From Burkholderiales bacterium (GTDB lineage Bacteria > Pseudomonadota > Gammaproteobacteria > Burkholderiales > Usitatibacteraceae), in assembly GCA_038244725.1 (NCBI GenBank), contig JBBRTF010000005.1:6336-70335 (forward strand): a stretch of 64,000 nucleotides of DNA, written 5' to 3'. The notes below the pieces were generated by a model. It saw nothing but the letters and a program-made list of their open reading frames with translations, was not told the origin of the DNA and ran no database searches. Every line of letters starts with the position of its first letter. Position 1 is the stretch's first letter. The position numbers were made by a program, and so were the translations under genes. Below, piece after piece: positions 35,693 through 43,350 of the stretch.

Positions 35693-38494
35693 ATGAGGAT
35701 CCAATGGTTTGCCGCGCTCGCGGCAAGCGCTGCGCTTTGCGCCGGTGCGGATACCGCGATCCAGGGTATCGCGAAGCCGGCAGGCGCGGCCGCGAAGGAA
35801 GGCGCGGCGCCCGCCATGAAAGCCCCCGGCATCGGCGCCGTACGCCTGCAGCTCGCGCCGATGGCGAGCGCGAAGGCGAAGAGCATGGAGGGCACTCTCG
35901 AACCCAACCAGATCGGCGTGTCGCGCCGCGACGACGTCGAGGCCGAGCCGCGCATCGATGCGGCGCGCCTCGAGTGGCAGGCGGCCGCGGGCGGATTCGC
36001 CGCGCAGTTCAGGGTGGTTTCCCCGGGAGCCGCGGCGTTGCGCGCGGGCCTTCGCTTCGAGGCGCTGCCGCGCGAGCTCGAGCTGCGCGTCGCCCAACCC
36101 GGCGCCGGCGGCGCTCTCGAGGCGATCGCGCTCACCAGCGGCGCCGATCTCATCAAGCTTGCGCGCGGCGCGATGCCGATCGAGCATTGGACCGCGACCA
36201 GCGTGGGCGAAGAGCAGGTTGTCGAGCTGTGGAGCCCGCGGGCGCTCGACGCGCGGGAGCTGCGCTTCGCCGTGTTCGACGTCTCCCACCTCTTCCAGCG
36301 CCCGCTCGAGCCCCTGCGCCCCAAGGCCCTCAGCTTCACCTGTCACGTGGACGTCGCGTGCATCGCCGATGCCAACGTCGCGGCCGACAGCAAGGCGGTG
36401 GCGAAGATGGTGTTCAGCAAGGGCGGCGGCACGTTCGTCTGCACGGGCTCGCTCCTCAACGACCGCGCCAACTCGCTCACGCCGCTCTTCGCCACCGCCA
36501 ACCACTGCATCTCGTCGCAGGCGGCCGCCGCGTCACTCGAGACCTGGTTCTTCTACGCCGACACCGTCTGCAACAGCTTCGCGCCGCAGAGCCCGACGCG
36601 CCTGAACCAGGGCGCCGTTCTGCTGGTGGCGGACTTCGATTCCGATTTCGCCTTGCTGCGCCTGAATAGCGTCGTTCCCGGCAATGCCTTCTTCCTGGGC
36701 TGGGATCCCGCCAATCTCGCCGCGAACCAGCCGGTCTTCGGCATCCACCACCCGGACGGCTCATGGCAACGCTACTCGTCCGGAGTTTTCCTGGGGCTCG
36801 CGCGCGTGAGCAACTCGGCGACCCACGTGACCTTCGCCGAGCTCTTCAACAGCGTGAAGTTCACCCAGGGCATCGTCGAGGGCGGCAGCAGCGGCTCGCC
36901 GCTCATCACCGCACCGGGAGTCTTCCACGGCACGCTCTTCGGCAGTCCCGACACGAACACGTGCGGCGGCAACGTGTACGCCTCGTACTCGAACTTCAAC
37001 GTGACCTATCCCCTGGTGAAGACCTTCCTCGGCGGGCCCAATCCCGTCGATGACTACGGCGACGCTCCCACGGGCGCGGGCGCGGTCGACGTCAACGCGA
37101 AATTCGTCGCCAACATCAACAGCGACGCGGACGCGGACTGGTTCCGGTTCGTGATCGCCGCGGGCGGCCAGTGGACGGTCGCGTCCTTCGATCCGGCGGA
37201 GGGCGCGGGCGTCGACGTGAAGGCCGAGATGTACGCGGCCGACGCCAGCACGGTCCTCGCAAGCAACGACGACGTCTCCGATACCGACCGCAATTTCCGC
37301 ATGGTGCGCGCCATGACGCCGGGCACCTACTACGTCCGTGTGACCGGCGTGAACGGCGCGACCGGGCGCTACGGCCTGCGCTCGAGCTATCTCCTTCCCG
37401 ACGACTTCGGCGATTCCGCCGCCACGGCGAGCGACCTCGCCATCAACGGCACGCGCGCGGGGATGCTCGGGGTGCTGAACGACCAGGACTGGTTCCGCCT
37501 CACTTTCACCGGCGCGGGCACGTTCCATGTGAATTCCACAGGCACCACGGACACCATGGGCGCTCTCTACCAGGCCGACGGCACGACGCTCATCGACGAG
37601 AACGACGATGCCGATCCGCCGGACACGAATTTCGGCCTCACGGCGACGATCTCCGCGCCGGGCGTGCGCTACCTCAAGGTGAGCGGCTTCGACGGGCAGA
37701 CCGGCCCCTACACGCTCGCGACCTCGTTCATCGCGGGGACCACGGCGCCGAACTACACCGACATCTGGTGGAATCCGGCGGAGTCGGGCTGGGGCATCAA
37801 CGTGAACCACCAATCCGACACGCTCTTCGCCTCGCTCTTCACCTACGCTGCGGACCGCGCCGGGCTCTGGCTCGTCGCGACGGTGACCCGGCAGTCCAAC
37901 GGCTCGTACACCGGACCGCTCTATCGCACCGTCGGCCCGGCGTTCAACGCTTCGCCCTGGACCGCGACCACGCCGACCCAGGTGGGCACCATGACGATCA
38001 CCTTCGGCGCCACGACGGGCACGCTCGTCTATTCGGTGAACGGCACCGCGGTCACGAAGACGATCCAGCGCCAGGTGTTCGCGGGAGCCTCGCCGGAGTG
38101 CTCGTCCACGACCGGATCGCGCGCCTCGGCGACCAACTACCAGGACCTGTGGTGGAATTCCTCCGAGTCGGGATGGGGGATCAACTTCGCGCACCAGGGC
38201 AACACGATCTTCGCAACGCTCTTCACCTACGGAGCCGACAATCGCGACATGTGGCTCACCGCGACCATCACCCGGCAAGCCGATGGCTCCTTCTCCGGCG
38301 ATCTCTACCGCACCACCGGCCCCGCTTTCAACACCACGCCGTGGACGCCGATCGACGTGCAGACGGTGGGAACGATGCGCGCCTCCTTCGCCAACGGCGC
38401 TTCCGGGACCCTCAGCTACACGGTGAACGGGATCGCCGTCACAAAGTCCATCGAGCGGCAGGTTTTCGCCGCCGCACCGACCCTGTGCCGATGA
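35693..38494 (+). CDS. secreted S1-family (lysyl/glutamyl-endopeptidase-like) serine protease + 2 PPC domains + 2 copies of an uncharacterised ~110-aa C-terminal domain
   Basis: AAGGGGAG RBS before ATG 35693; 933 aa; signal peptide MRIQWFAALAASAALCAGA. Catalytic triad candidates: FATANHC (H271), DFALLRL (D318), EGGSSGSPL (S400). PPC-like motifs: DADADWFRF..GTYYVRV and DQDWFRL...VRYLKV. Two repeats follow. Confidence 0.8.
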   Translation: MRIQWFAALAASAALCAGADTAIQGIAKPAGAAAKEGAAPAMKAPGIGAVRLQLAPMASAKAKSMEGTLEPNQIGVSRRDDVEAEPRIDAARLEWQAAAGGFAAQFRVVSPGAAALRAGLRFEALPRELELRVAQPGAGGALEAIALTSGADLIKLARGAMPIEHWTATSVGEEQVVELWSPRALDARELRFAVFDVSHLFQRPLEPLRPKALSFTCHVDVACIADANVAADSKAVAKMVFSKGGGTFVCTGSLLNDRANSLTPLFATANHCISSQAAAASLETWFFYADTVCNSFAPQSPTRLNQGAVLLVADFDSDFALLRLNSVVPGNAFFLGWDPANLAANQPVFGIHHPDGSWQRYSSGVFLGLARVSNSATHVTFAELFNSVKFTQGIVEGGSSGSPLITAPGVFHGTLFGSPDTNTCGGNVYASYSNFNVTYPLVKTFLGGPNPVDDYGDAPTGAGAVDVNAKFVANINSDADADWFRFVIAAGGQWTVASFDPAEGAGVDVKAEMYAADASTVLASNDDVSDTDRNFRMVRAMTPGTYYVRVTGVNGATGRYGLRSSYLLPDDFGDSAATASDLAINGTRAGMLGVLNDQDWFRLTFTGAGTFHVNSTGTTDTMGALYQADGTTLIDENDDADPPDTNFGLTATISAPGVRYLKVSGFDGQTGPYTLATSFIAGTTAPNYTDIWWNPAESGWGINVNHQSDTLFASLFTYAADRAGLWLVATVTRQSNGSYTGPLYRTVGPAFNASPWTATTPTQVGTMTITFGATTGTLVYSVNGTAVTKTIQRQVFAGASPECSSTTGSRASATNYQDLWWNSSESGWGINFAHQGNTIFATLFTYGADNRDMWLTATITRQADGSFSGDLYRTTGPAFNTTPWTPIDVQTVGTMRASFANGASGTLSYTVNGIAVTKSIERQVFAAAPTLCR
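37751..38080 (+). repeat. protease C-terminal domain, copy 1
   Basis: NYTDIWWNPAESGWGINVNHQSDTLFASLFTYAADRAGLWLVATVTRQSNGSYTGPLYRTVGPAFNASPW...GTMTITFGATTGTLVYSVNGTAVTKTIQRQVF. Confidence 0.8.
38135..38467 (+). repeat. protease C-terminal domain, copy 2
   Basis: NYQDLWWNSSESGWGINFAHQGNTIFATLFTYGADNRDMWLTATITRQADGSFSGDLYRTTGPAFNTTPW...GTMRASFANGASGTLSYTVNGIAVTKSIERQVF. Confidence 0.8.
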
Positions 38495-38571
38495 TCCATG
38501 GTCCGCTCGGATAGCTCGCGCGCCTGGTAAATGCATGCCGCGCCCGCACCTTGTCGGTTCAGAATCACGAA

Positions 38572-39022
38572 ATGGGAACGGCAATGCACCACACATTCCG
38601 CGTGGCATGCGCGTTCGCCGCGCTCGCGCTCCCCGGCGCGTTCGCCCAAGCGCAGCAGGCGTCTCCCGCGGGCGACATCGCTGCGGGCGAGATTCGCGCC
38701 GAGCCCGAGGTTCCCGCCCGCGCCGGCGTTCGTCCCCGCGCCAAGGACCCGCCTCGCCGATCCCGCGCGCATCGCTCACGGGCAGCCGGTGTGGTACGTG
38801 ATGCCCGGGGGAAGCTGGAGCGCCGACACCTACACGGGCACGCTCTATCGAACGGCCACGGCGCCGATCCCGTTCCTCAGCGCGCCTTTCGACCCGCGCG
38901 CGGTGTCGAGCACGCCCGTGGGCTCGATGTCGCTGCGCTTCGGCAGCACGACGTCGGCGACCATGAGCTACACCATCGACGGCGTGAGCGGCACGCGGGA
39001 GATCAGCCGCCAGTCTTTCTAG
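38572..39022 (+). pseudogene. stand-alone third (half-)copy of the protease C-terminal domain; signal peptide and domain are in different frames
   Basis: One frame reads MGTAMHHTFRVACAFAALALPGAFAQA (signal peptide) and then becomes junk. The next frame reads GQPVWYVMPGGSWSADTYTGTLYRTATAPIPFLSAPF...VGSMSLRFGSTTSATMSYTIDGVSGTREISRQSF*. The implied frameshift is at about 38690-38760. Confidence 0.5.
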
Positions 39023-39271
39023 TCAGGACTGCCCGCGGCGCGCCGACTTCTTGCGGTTGGCGCGCTTCGCGGCGCTCTTCGACTTCGTCGACGCGGCCCG
39101 GCTCTTCGCCACCGCGTCCTGCGCGTTGCCCACGGCTTTCCGGGTCTTGCCGGCGGCGCGCTTCACCGCGCCCTTCACTTCCTGCTTCGGGCTGCCGATG
39201 AGTCGTCCGATCGTCTGTTGGATCCTGCCGACCACGTCGACGAAGGCGCCCTTCAGGGTGTTCTTGTTCAA
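39023..39271 (-). CDS. CsbD-family general stress protein with basic C-terminal tail
   Basis: Proposed TTG start (39271-39269) lies 6 nt after GGAG. Sequence (M)NKNTLKGAFVDVVGRIQQTIGRLIGSPKQEVKGAVKRAAGK... The upstream part of the track ORF is not protein-like. Confidence 0.65.
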   Translation of the reverse strand: MNKNTLKGAFVDVVGRIQQTIGRLIGSPKQEVKGAVKRAAGKTRKAVGNAQDAVAKSRAASTKSKSAAKRANRKKSARRGQS

Positions 39272-39418
39272 GTTGCGCTCCGGGATGGTTGAGTCCGCAT
39301 CTACGACCCACAGGGTAGCGCAGTGTTCCTTCGCGAGGTAGCGCACGCCACGGCGTTTTCCCTCGGAAAATCCGGGAAAGCCTTGTACAATCGTCGCCAA
39401 TTACTTGCCATTGCCGCG

Positions 39419-39802
39419 ATGAAAAAACCTTTCCCCGTTCCTGTTCGCGTGACCTACCGCTGCGAGAAGTGCCCCGCGTATTGCTGCACATACACCGAGA
39501 TCGAAGTGACCCAGCGCGACGTGGCGCGCCTCGCGCGCCATTTCGACATGGGCCTTCGCCAGGCGCAGGAAAAGTTTACCAAGGTCGACGCCAAGGGCAC
39601 GCGCATGCTGCGGCACAAGAAGGACAGCATCTTCGATTCGTCCTGCATGCTCCTCGACCAGGAAAAGCGCCGCTGCACGGTCTACGACGCTCGCCCGGGC
39701 GTATGCCGCAAGTATCCCGACAGCACCCGCTGCGGGTACTACGACTTCCTCAAGTTCGAGCGCGAGCAGCAGGACGACCAGGAGCTGGTCGCCCTCACGT
39801 GA
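39419..39802 (+). CDS. YkgJ/UPF0153-family Cys-cluster (Zn/Fe-chelating) protein
   Basis: Starts at MKKPFPVPVRVTYRCEKCPAYCCTY. Also has a second Cys cluster: SSCMLLDQEKRRCTVYDARPGVCRKYP..TRCGYY. Confidence 0.75.
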   Translation: MKKPFPVPVRVTYRCEKCPAYCCTYTEIEVTQRDVARLARHFDMGLRQAQEKFTKVDAKGTRMLRHKKDSIFDSSCMLLDQEKRRCTVYDARPGVCRKYPDSTRCGYYDFLKFEREQQDDQELVALT

Positions 39803-39804
39803 GA

Positions 39805-39826
39805 AGGGGCGCGAAGCCGCGCCCCT
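39805..39826. terminator. GC-rich hairpin between convergent genes
   Basis: AGGGGCGCG-aagc-CGCGCCCCT followed by CGTTTCG. The arms resemble the 20138 hairpin (AGGGGCGC...GCGCCCCTCGT). Confidence 0.55.
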
Positions 39827-39851
39827 CGTTTCGCGTACCGCCGGGATCGCG

Positions 39852-40013
39852 CTAGCGCGAGTTGTCGCGCGAGTTGCGTGCGTCGCCTGCGTTCTTCTGG
39901 ATCTTGCCGCCGGCCTCCTTGGCGAGGCCTTTGGCTTCCATCGCCGGGCTGCCGATGGCGCGGCCCGCGTTCTTCTTCGCCTTGCCGGCCACTTCCTTGG
40001 CGCGGCCCTTCAT
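39852..40013 (-). CDS. CsbD-family general stress protein (second paralogue)
   Basis: MKGRAKEVAGKAKKNAGRAIGSPAMEAKGLAKEAGGKIQKNAGDA... starts at ATG 40013. An AGGAGA SD sits 6 nt before an ACG codon five codons upstream (TNRDQ), so the true N-terminus is unclear. Confidence 0.6.
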   Translation of the reverse strand: MKGRAKEVAGKAKKNAGRAIGSPAMEAKGLAKEAGGKIQKNAGDARNSRDNSR

Positions 40014-40120
40014 CTGGTCACGGTTCGTCTTCGGTCTCCTCGTGCACGTTGTCGAAAATGCGTGTTGCCCGGGTGCGACCGTGCCCGTGAGCACATGTTC
40101 AACTGCGTGATGCCAACGGC

Positions 40121-40279
40121 TTACGCATTGCCCTGCGCGGGAGGTTCGGTGGAAGGGTCCTGTGGCGCGGCCGGCTCCGGCTGCTGCTCGCTGGCCTTCT
40201 GCTGCTTCTTCGCCTCTTTCTTCTGCTTCTTGGCGAGCTCTCTTTGGCGCTTTGCGAATGCGTAATTCGGTTTCGGCAT
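40121..40279 (-). CDS. 52-aa lysine-rich small protein
   Basis: GGAGAA RBS before ATG 40279. Sequence MPKPNYAFAKRQRELAKKQKKEAKKQQKASEQQPEPAAPQDPSTEPPAQGNA. The upstream part of the track ORF is not protein-like. Confidence 0.55.
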   Translation of the reverse strand: MPKPNYAFAKRQRELAKKQKKEAKKQQKASEQQPEPAAPQDPSTEPPAQGNA

Positions 40280-40289
40280 CAGGTTCTCC

Positions 40290-40474
40290 AGGTTTGTGTG
40301 CGGGGTGGCTCTAAGGATAGCCGCTTTACAAACGGAAACAACAAAAACGCGCCTCATGGACGCGTCGCACGGTTTCGGAAGGCCATTTTCGCAGATGATG
40401 ATCACGAGACTTGCCGTAGCCTCCCACGGCAAGGGCTTGAGCCCGGCGTCCGTACTCCCGCCGGGTTTTTTTTT
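40290..40474 (+). ncRNA. candidate small RNA / structured transcript ending at an orphan intrinsic terminator
   Basis: There is no credible + strand CDS here. Hairpins: ACGCG-9nt-CGCGT (40347-40365), GCCGT-8nt-ACGGC (40413-40430), then the terminator. The 5' end is unknown. Confidence 0.25.
40442..40474 (+). terminator. Rho-independent terminator (7-bp GC stem + T9)
   Basis: CCCGGCG-tccgtactcc-CGCCGGG followed by TTTTTTTTT (40466-40474). Confidence 0.75.
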
Positions 40475-40604
40475 CGTGCCGGCCCCATTCTAGCGTTTCC
40501 AGCGCGACTTCCCGGGCGCCGCCTCGGGAAATTTCTTCTCGGGTAGGATGGCGCATCGTCCGCGCGGGCGAAGGCGCTCGCGCGTACCAAGGAGTGAGGA
40601 GGCC

Positions 40605-40793
40605 ATGGCGAAGGGCAAGTCGAGCCGCCTCGCGGAAGCGATGCGCAAGCACGCGTTGTCGTATCCGCAGGCGCACGAGGTTTTTCCCCGGGGCGAATCC
40701 GCCTTCAAGGTGAGGGGGAAGACCTTCGGCTTCCGGGCGGTCGCACCCAGGCGCCTGGTGGCCGAGCTTGCCGATCCGCCGAGGCCGCCATGA
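40605..40793 (+). CDS. MmcQ/YjbR-like protein, apparently only the N-terminal half (62 aa)
   Basis: GAGGAGG RBS before ATG 40605. Sequence LAEAMRKHALSYPQAHEVFPRGESAFKVRGKTFGF. Family members as I recall them are about 110-120 aa. The stop overlaps the next ATG (ATGA). Confidence 0.5.
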   Translation: MAKGKSSRLAEAMRKHALSYPQAHEVFPRGESAFKVRGKTFGFRAVAPRRLVAELADPPRPP

Positions 40794-41053
40794 GCATCGT
40801 CGACCACCTGGGTTTGGCCGTCGCCGAAACCGAACGCAGCAAGGCCATCTATGTGAAGGCGTTGTCGCCTCTCGGTATCGCGGTCGTCATGGAAGGACAC
40901 GGTTGGGTGGGGATGGGAAGGGACGGCAAGCCGGAATTCTGGATCGGCGGCGGCGATGGAGCCGCGAGGGGGCCCGTGCACGCCGCTTTCACGGCGGCCG
41001 ATCGCGCTCAGGTGCGAGCCTTCATCGAAGCGGTCTGCCACAAGCCGGAGTAG
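40790..41053 (+). CDS. VOC/glyoxalase-family protein, short form (87 aa; probable internal in-frame loss)
   Basis: MSIVDHLGLAVAETERSKAIYVKALSPLGI...GRDGKPEFWI...VHAAFTAADRAQVRAF joins directly to IEAVCHKPE*. The usual ~35-40 aa between these blocks is missing. Confidence 0.6.
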   Translation: MSIVDHLGLAVAETERSKAIYVKALSPLGIAVVMEGHGWVGMGRDGKPEFWIGGGDGAARGPVHAAFTAADRAQVRAFIEAVCHKPE

Positions 41054-41611
41054 ATGCGGCGCCGCAAGCTTCAGCGGTCCTTCTACGATCGCGACACGAT
41101 CCTCGTCGCACGCGAGCTCCTCGGCAAGCACCTGGTGCACGTGGTCGACGGCATCGCGCGCGTGGGGCGCATCGTCGAGACCGAGGCGTACCTGGGACCC
41201 CATGACCTCGCCGCGCATTCGGCGCGGGGCCTCACGCCGCGCACCCGTGTGATGTTCGGTCCGCCGGGCCACGCGTACGTCTACCTCGTCTACGGCATGC
41301 ACTGGTGCATGAACGTGGTCACGGAAGGCGAGGGCCACGCGTCGGCGGTGCTGCTGCGGGCCCTCGAGCCCGTGGCCGATCTCGACGGGCGCACGCAGGG
41401 TCCCGCGCTCCTTTGCAAGGCGATGGGCATCACCGGAGCGCTCACCGGCCATGACCTCGCGAGCTGCGAGCTCTTCGTCGCCGATCCCGGACCCGCCCCG
41501 CCCATCGCCATCGTGAGGCGCCCGCGCATCGGCGTCGACTACGCCGGCCACTGGACGCGTCGCCTGCTGCGCTTTTACATCCGCGGCAATCCCTTCGTCT
41601 CCAGGAAGTAA
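41054..41611 (+). CDS. mpg: DNA-3-methyladenine glycosylase (AAG/Mpg family)
   Basis: Motifs: FYDRDTILVARELLGKHLV, GRIVETEAYLGPHDLAAHS, GHAYVYLVYGMHWCMNVV, AVLLRALEP. The ATG directly follows the upstream TAG. Confidence 0.85.
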   Translation: MRRRKLQRSFYDRDTILVARELLGKHLVHVVDGIARVGRIVETEAYLGPHDLAAHSARGLTPRTRVMFGPPGHAYVYLVYGMHWCMNVVTEGEGHASAVLLRALEPVADLDGRTQGPALLCKAMGITGALTGHDLASCELFVADPGPAPPIAIVRRPRIGVDYAGHWTRRLLRFYIRGNPFVSRK

Positions 41612-41618
41612 CCAGGCC

Positions 41619-42431
41619 TTATCGGGGGCGATACCAGCCGTCGGGCGCGTGCAGGAAGCGCTCGGTCGAGCGCAACTCGAAGGCGCGCGAATCGCCGTTC
41701 CACTGCCAGCACTCGATGCCGATGTCGTCGGGGGTGATCTGCAGGGCGTTGAAGCTGTTGGACTCGCCGCGCCCGCGCACCGAGGTCGCCGTGCCCGCCT
41801 GCACGATGAGCGCGTTGTGACCGGGGATCTTGTAGCGCTCCGCGGAATGCGACGTGTTGGTCTTGTGCAGGTGCCCCGACAGCATCACGTCCACGCCGAT
41901 CAGGGCGAATTCGCGCATCGCGCGCACCGCGTGGTCGACGATGTGGGACTCGTCGTGGTCCTCGGGCACGTCGAAGGGATGGTGGGTCACGATGATCTTG
42001 GCGACCGCCGCCGGAAGCGCCGCGATCTTCGCTTTCATGCTCTCGACCTGCTCGCGGTTGATGTTGCCATCCTTGAACGTGAGGGAGCGCGCGGTATTCA
42101 ATCCGACCACGGCGATCTCGTCGTCGATGTAGGCGGGCTCGAGGTCCGCGCCGATGATGCGCTTGTACTTGGCGAGCGGCGTGAACATGCGTTGGAAAAC
42201 GTTGTAGAGCGGCACGTCGTGGTTGCCCGGGACGACGAGGCGCGGTCCCGGCAGCGTATCGAGCCACGCCCGGGCGGCGCGGAACTGCCAGGGCTTCGCA
42301 CGCTGGGTGAGGTCGCCCGAGACCACGACGAGATGCGGCTTCAAGGCCCGCACCCGAAGGCGAAGCGGCTCGAGGAGATCCTCGTCGACGCGTCCGAAGT
42401 GCAGGTCGGAAAGATGGACGATGGTCCTCAT
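41619..42431 (-). CDS. metallophosphoesterase (calcineurin-like)
   Basis: Starts at MRTIVHLSDLHFG. Motifs: VVVSGDLT, VPGNHD, VTHHP, LSGHLH. Confidence 0.85.
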   Translation of the reverse strand: MRTIVHLSDLHFGRVDEDLLEPLRLRVRALKPHLVVVSGDLTQRAKPWQFRAARAWLDTLPGPRLVVPGNHDVPLYNVFQRMFTPLAKYKRIIGADLEPAYIDDEIAVVGLNTARSLTFKDGNINREQVESMKAKIAALPAAVAKIIVTHHPFDVPEDHDESHIVDHAVRAMREFALIGVDVMLSGHLHKTNTSHSAERYKIPGHNALIVQAGTATSVRGRGESNSFNALQITPDDIGIECWQWNGDSRAFELRSTERFLHAPDGWYRPR

Positions 42432-42441
42432 GGGCGCCTCC

Positions 42442-43350
42442 TCAGGCCGGCGCCGGCGCCGGCACCACCACGCGCAAGGCCCGCGCACGGATGCGGTATT
42501 CGAGCGGCATCTTCATCACCGCCACCTCGCCGTCGGTCGCCACGGGCATGACGCGATGGCGGGTCTGCACGCTCACGTGCTCGGCACTGAGGGCCTCGAA
42601 ATCCTCGTCCTGGCGCAGCCTCCCCACGAGCGCGCGCAGCGCGAGCCCCAGGAGCCCGCCTCGCCCGCGCCTGCGCGTGAGGTAGATGCTGAGCCTGCCG
42701 GCATCGATGCGCTCGCGGCTGCCCAGTTGGAAGCCTTCGAGCTCGTAGGCGTTGTTGCCGATGAAGACGAGCGGAGTGCGCCGGACCTCGCTCGCCCCGT
42801 CCACATCGAGCCGCACCTCGAGCATCGGGTGGCGGCTCAGCACCTTGAGCGCGGCCCAGAAGAGCGCATGCCACTTGCCGCGGCCCAGGCGCCGGCGCTG
42901 GCTGTCGCGCATGCGCACCAGCTCCGGATACAGGCCCAGGCTCGAGTTGTTCACGAAGATCCGCTCGTTCACTTGCGCCACGTCGACCTCGACCTGGTGG
43001 TTGGCGACGATGACGCGGGCGGCCTCCTCGAGGTCGAGCGGGATGCCCAGGTCCTTGGCGAAGTGGTTGAGCGTGCCCATGGGCAACAATCCCATCGCGC
43101 TCGGGCTCGCCGCCACGGCGCTCGCGACCGCGTTCATCGTGCCGTCGCCCCCGCTCGCGACCACGACCGCGTGGCCGGCCTCGACGGCCTCGCGCGCGAG
43201 GCGGGGAAGGTCGGCGCCGGTGCGCGCGTGCAGGATCTCGACCGTGGCGCCCGCTTTCGCGAAGGCGGCGGCGATCGCCTCGATGTCCTCCGGTGTGCAT
43301 CCCCGGCCCGCGGTCGCGTTGACGATCACGGGTACCGCGCGCTCCATCAT
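42442..43350 (-). CDS. DAGK-catalytic-domain lipid kinase (YegS/BmrU-like)
   Basis: Starts at MMERAVPVIVNATAG. Motifs: VVVASGGDGTMNAV, LPMGTLNHFAKDLG. These are the last 302 codons of composite track ORF 42442..44862. Confidence 0.85.
   Translation of the reverse strand: MMERAVPVIVNATAGRGCTPEDIEAIAAAFAKAGATVEILHARTGADLPRLAREAVEAGHAVVVASGGDGTMNAVASAVAASPSAMGLLPMGTLNHFAKDLGIPLDLEEAARVIVANHQVEVDVAQVNERIFVNNSSLGLYPELVRMRDSQRRRLGRGKWHALFWAALKVLSRHPMLEVRLDVDGASEVRRTPLVFIGNNAYELEGFQLGSRERIDAGRLSIYLTRRRGRGGLLGLALRALVGRLRQDEDFEALSAEHVSVQTRHRVMPVATDGEVAVMKMPLEYRIRARALRVVVPAPAPA

Noticed and set aside
38551-39201. 216-aa ORF as an intact secreted protein
   Set aside because: After the signal peptide the frame becomes Arg-rich junk and runs antisense into the CsbD gene. 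The recognisable domain is in the neighbouring frame.
40244-40546. ORFs 40244..40546(+) and 40296..40493(+) as protein genes
   Set aside because: They have no RBS and an odd composition. They read straight through a hairpin+T9 terminator, so an RNA element is more plausible.
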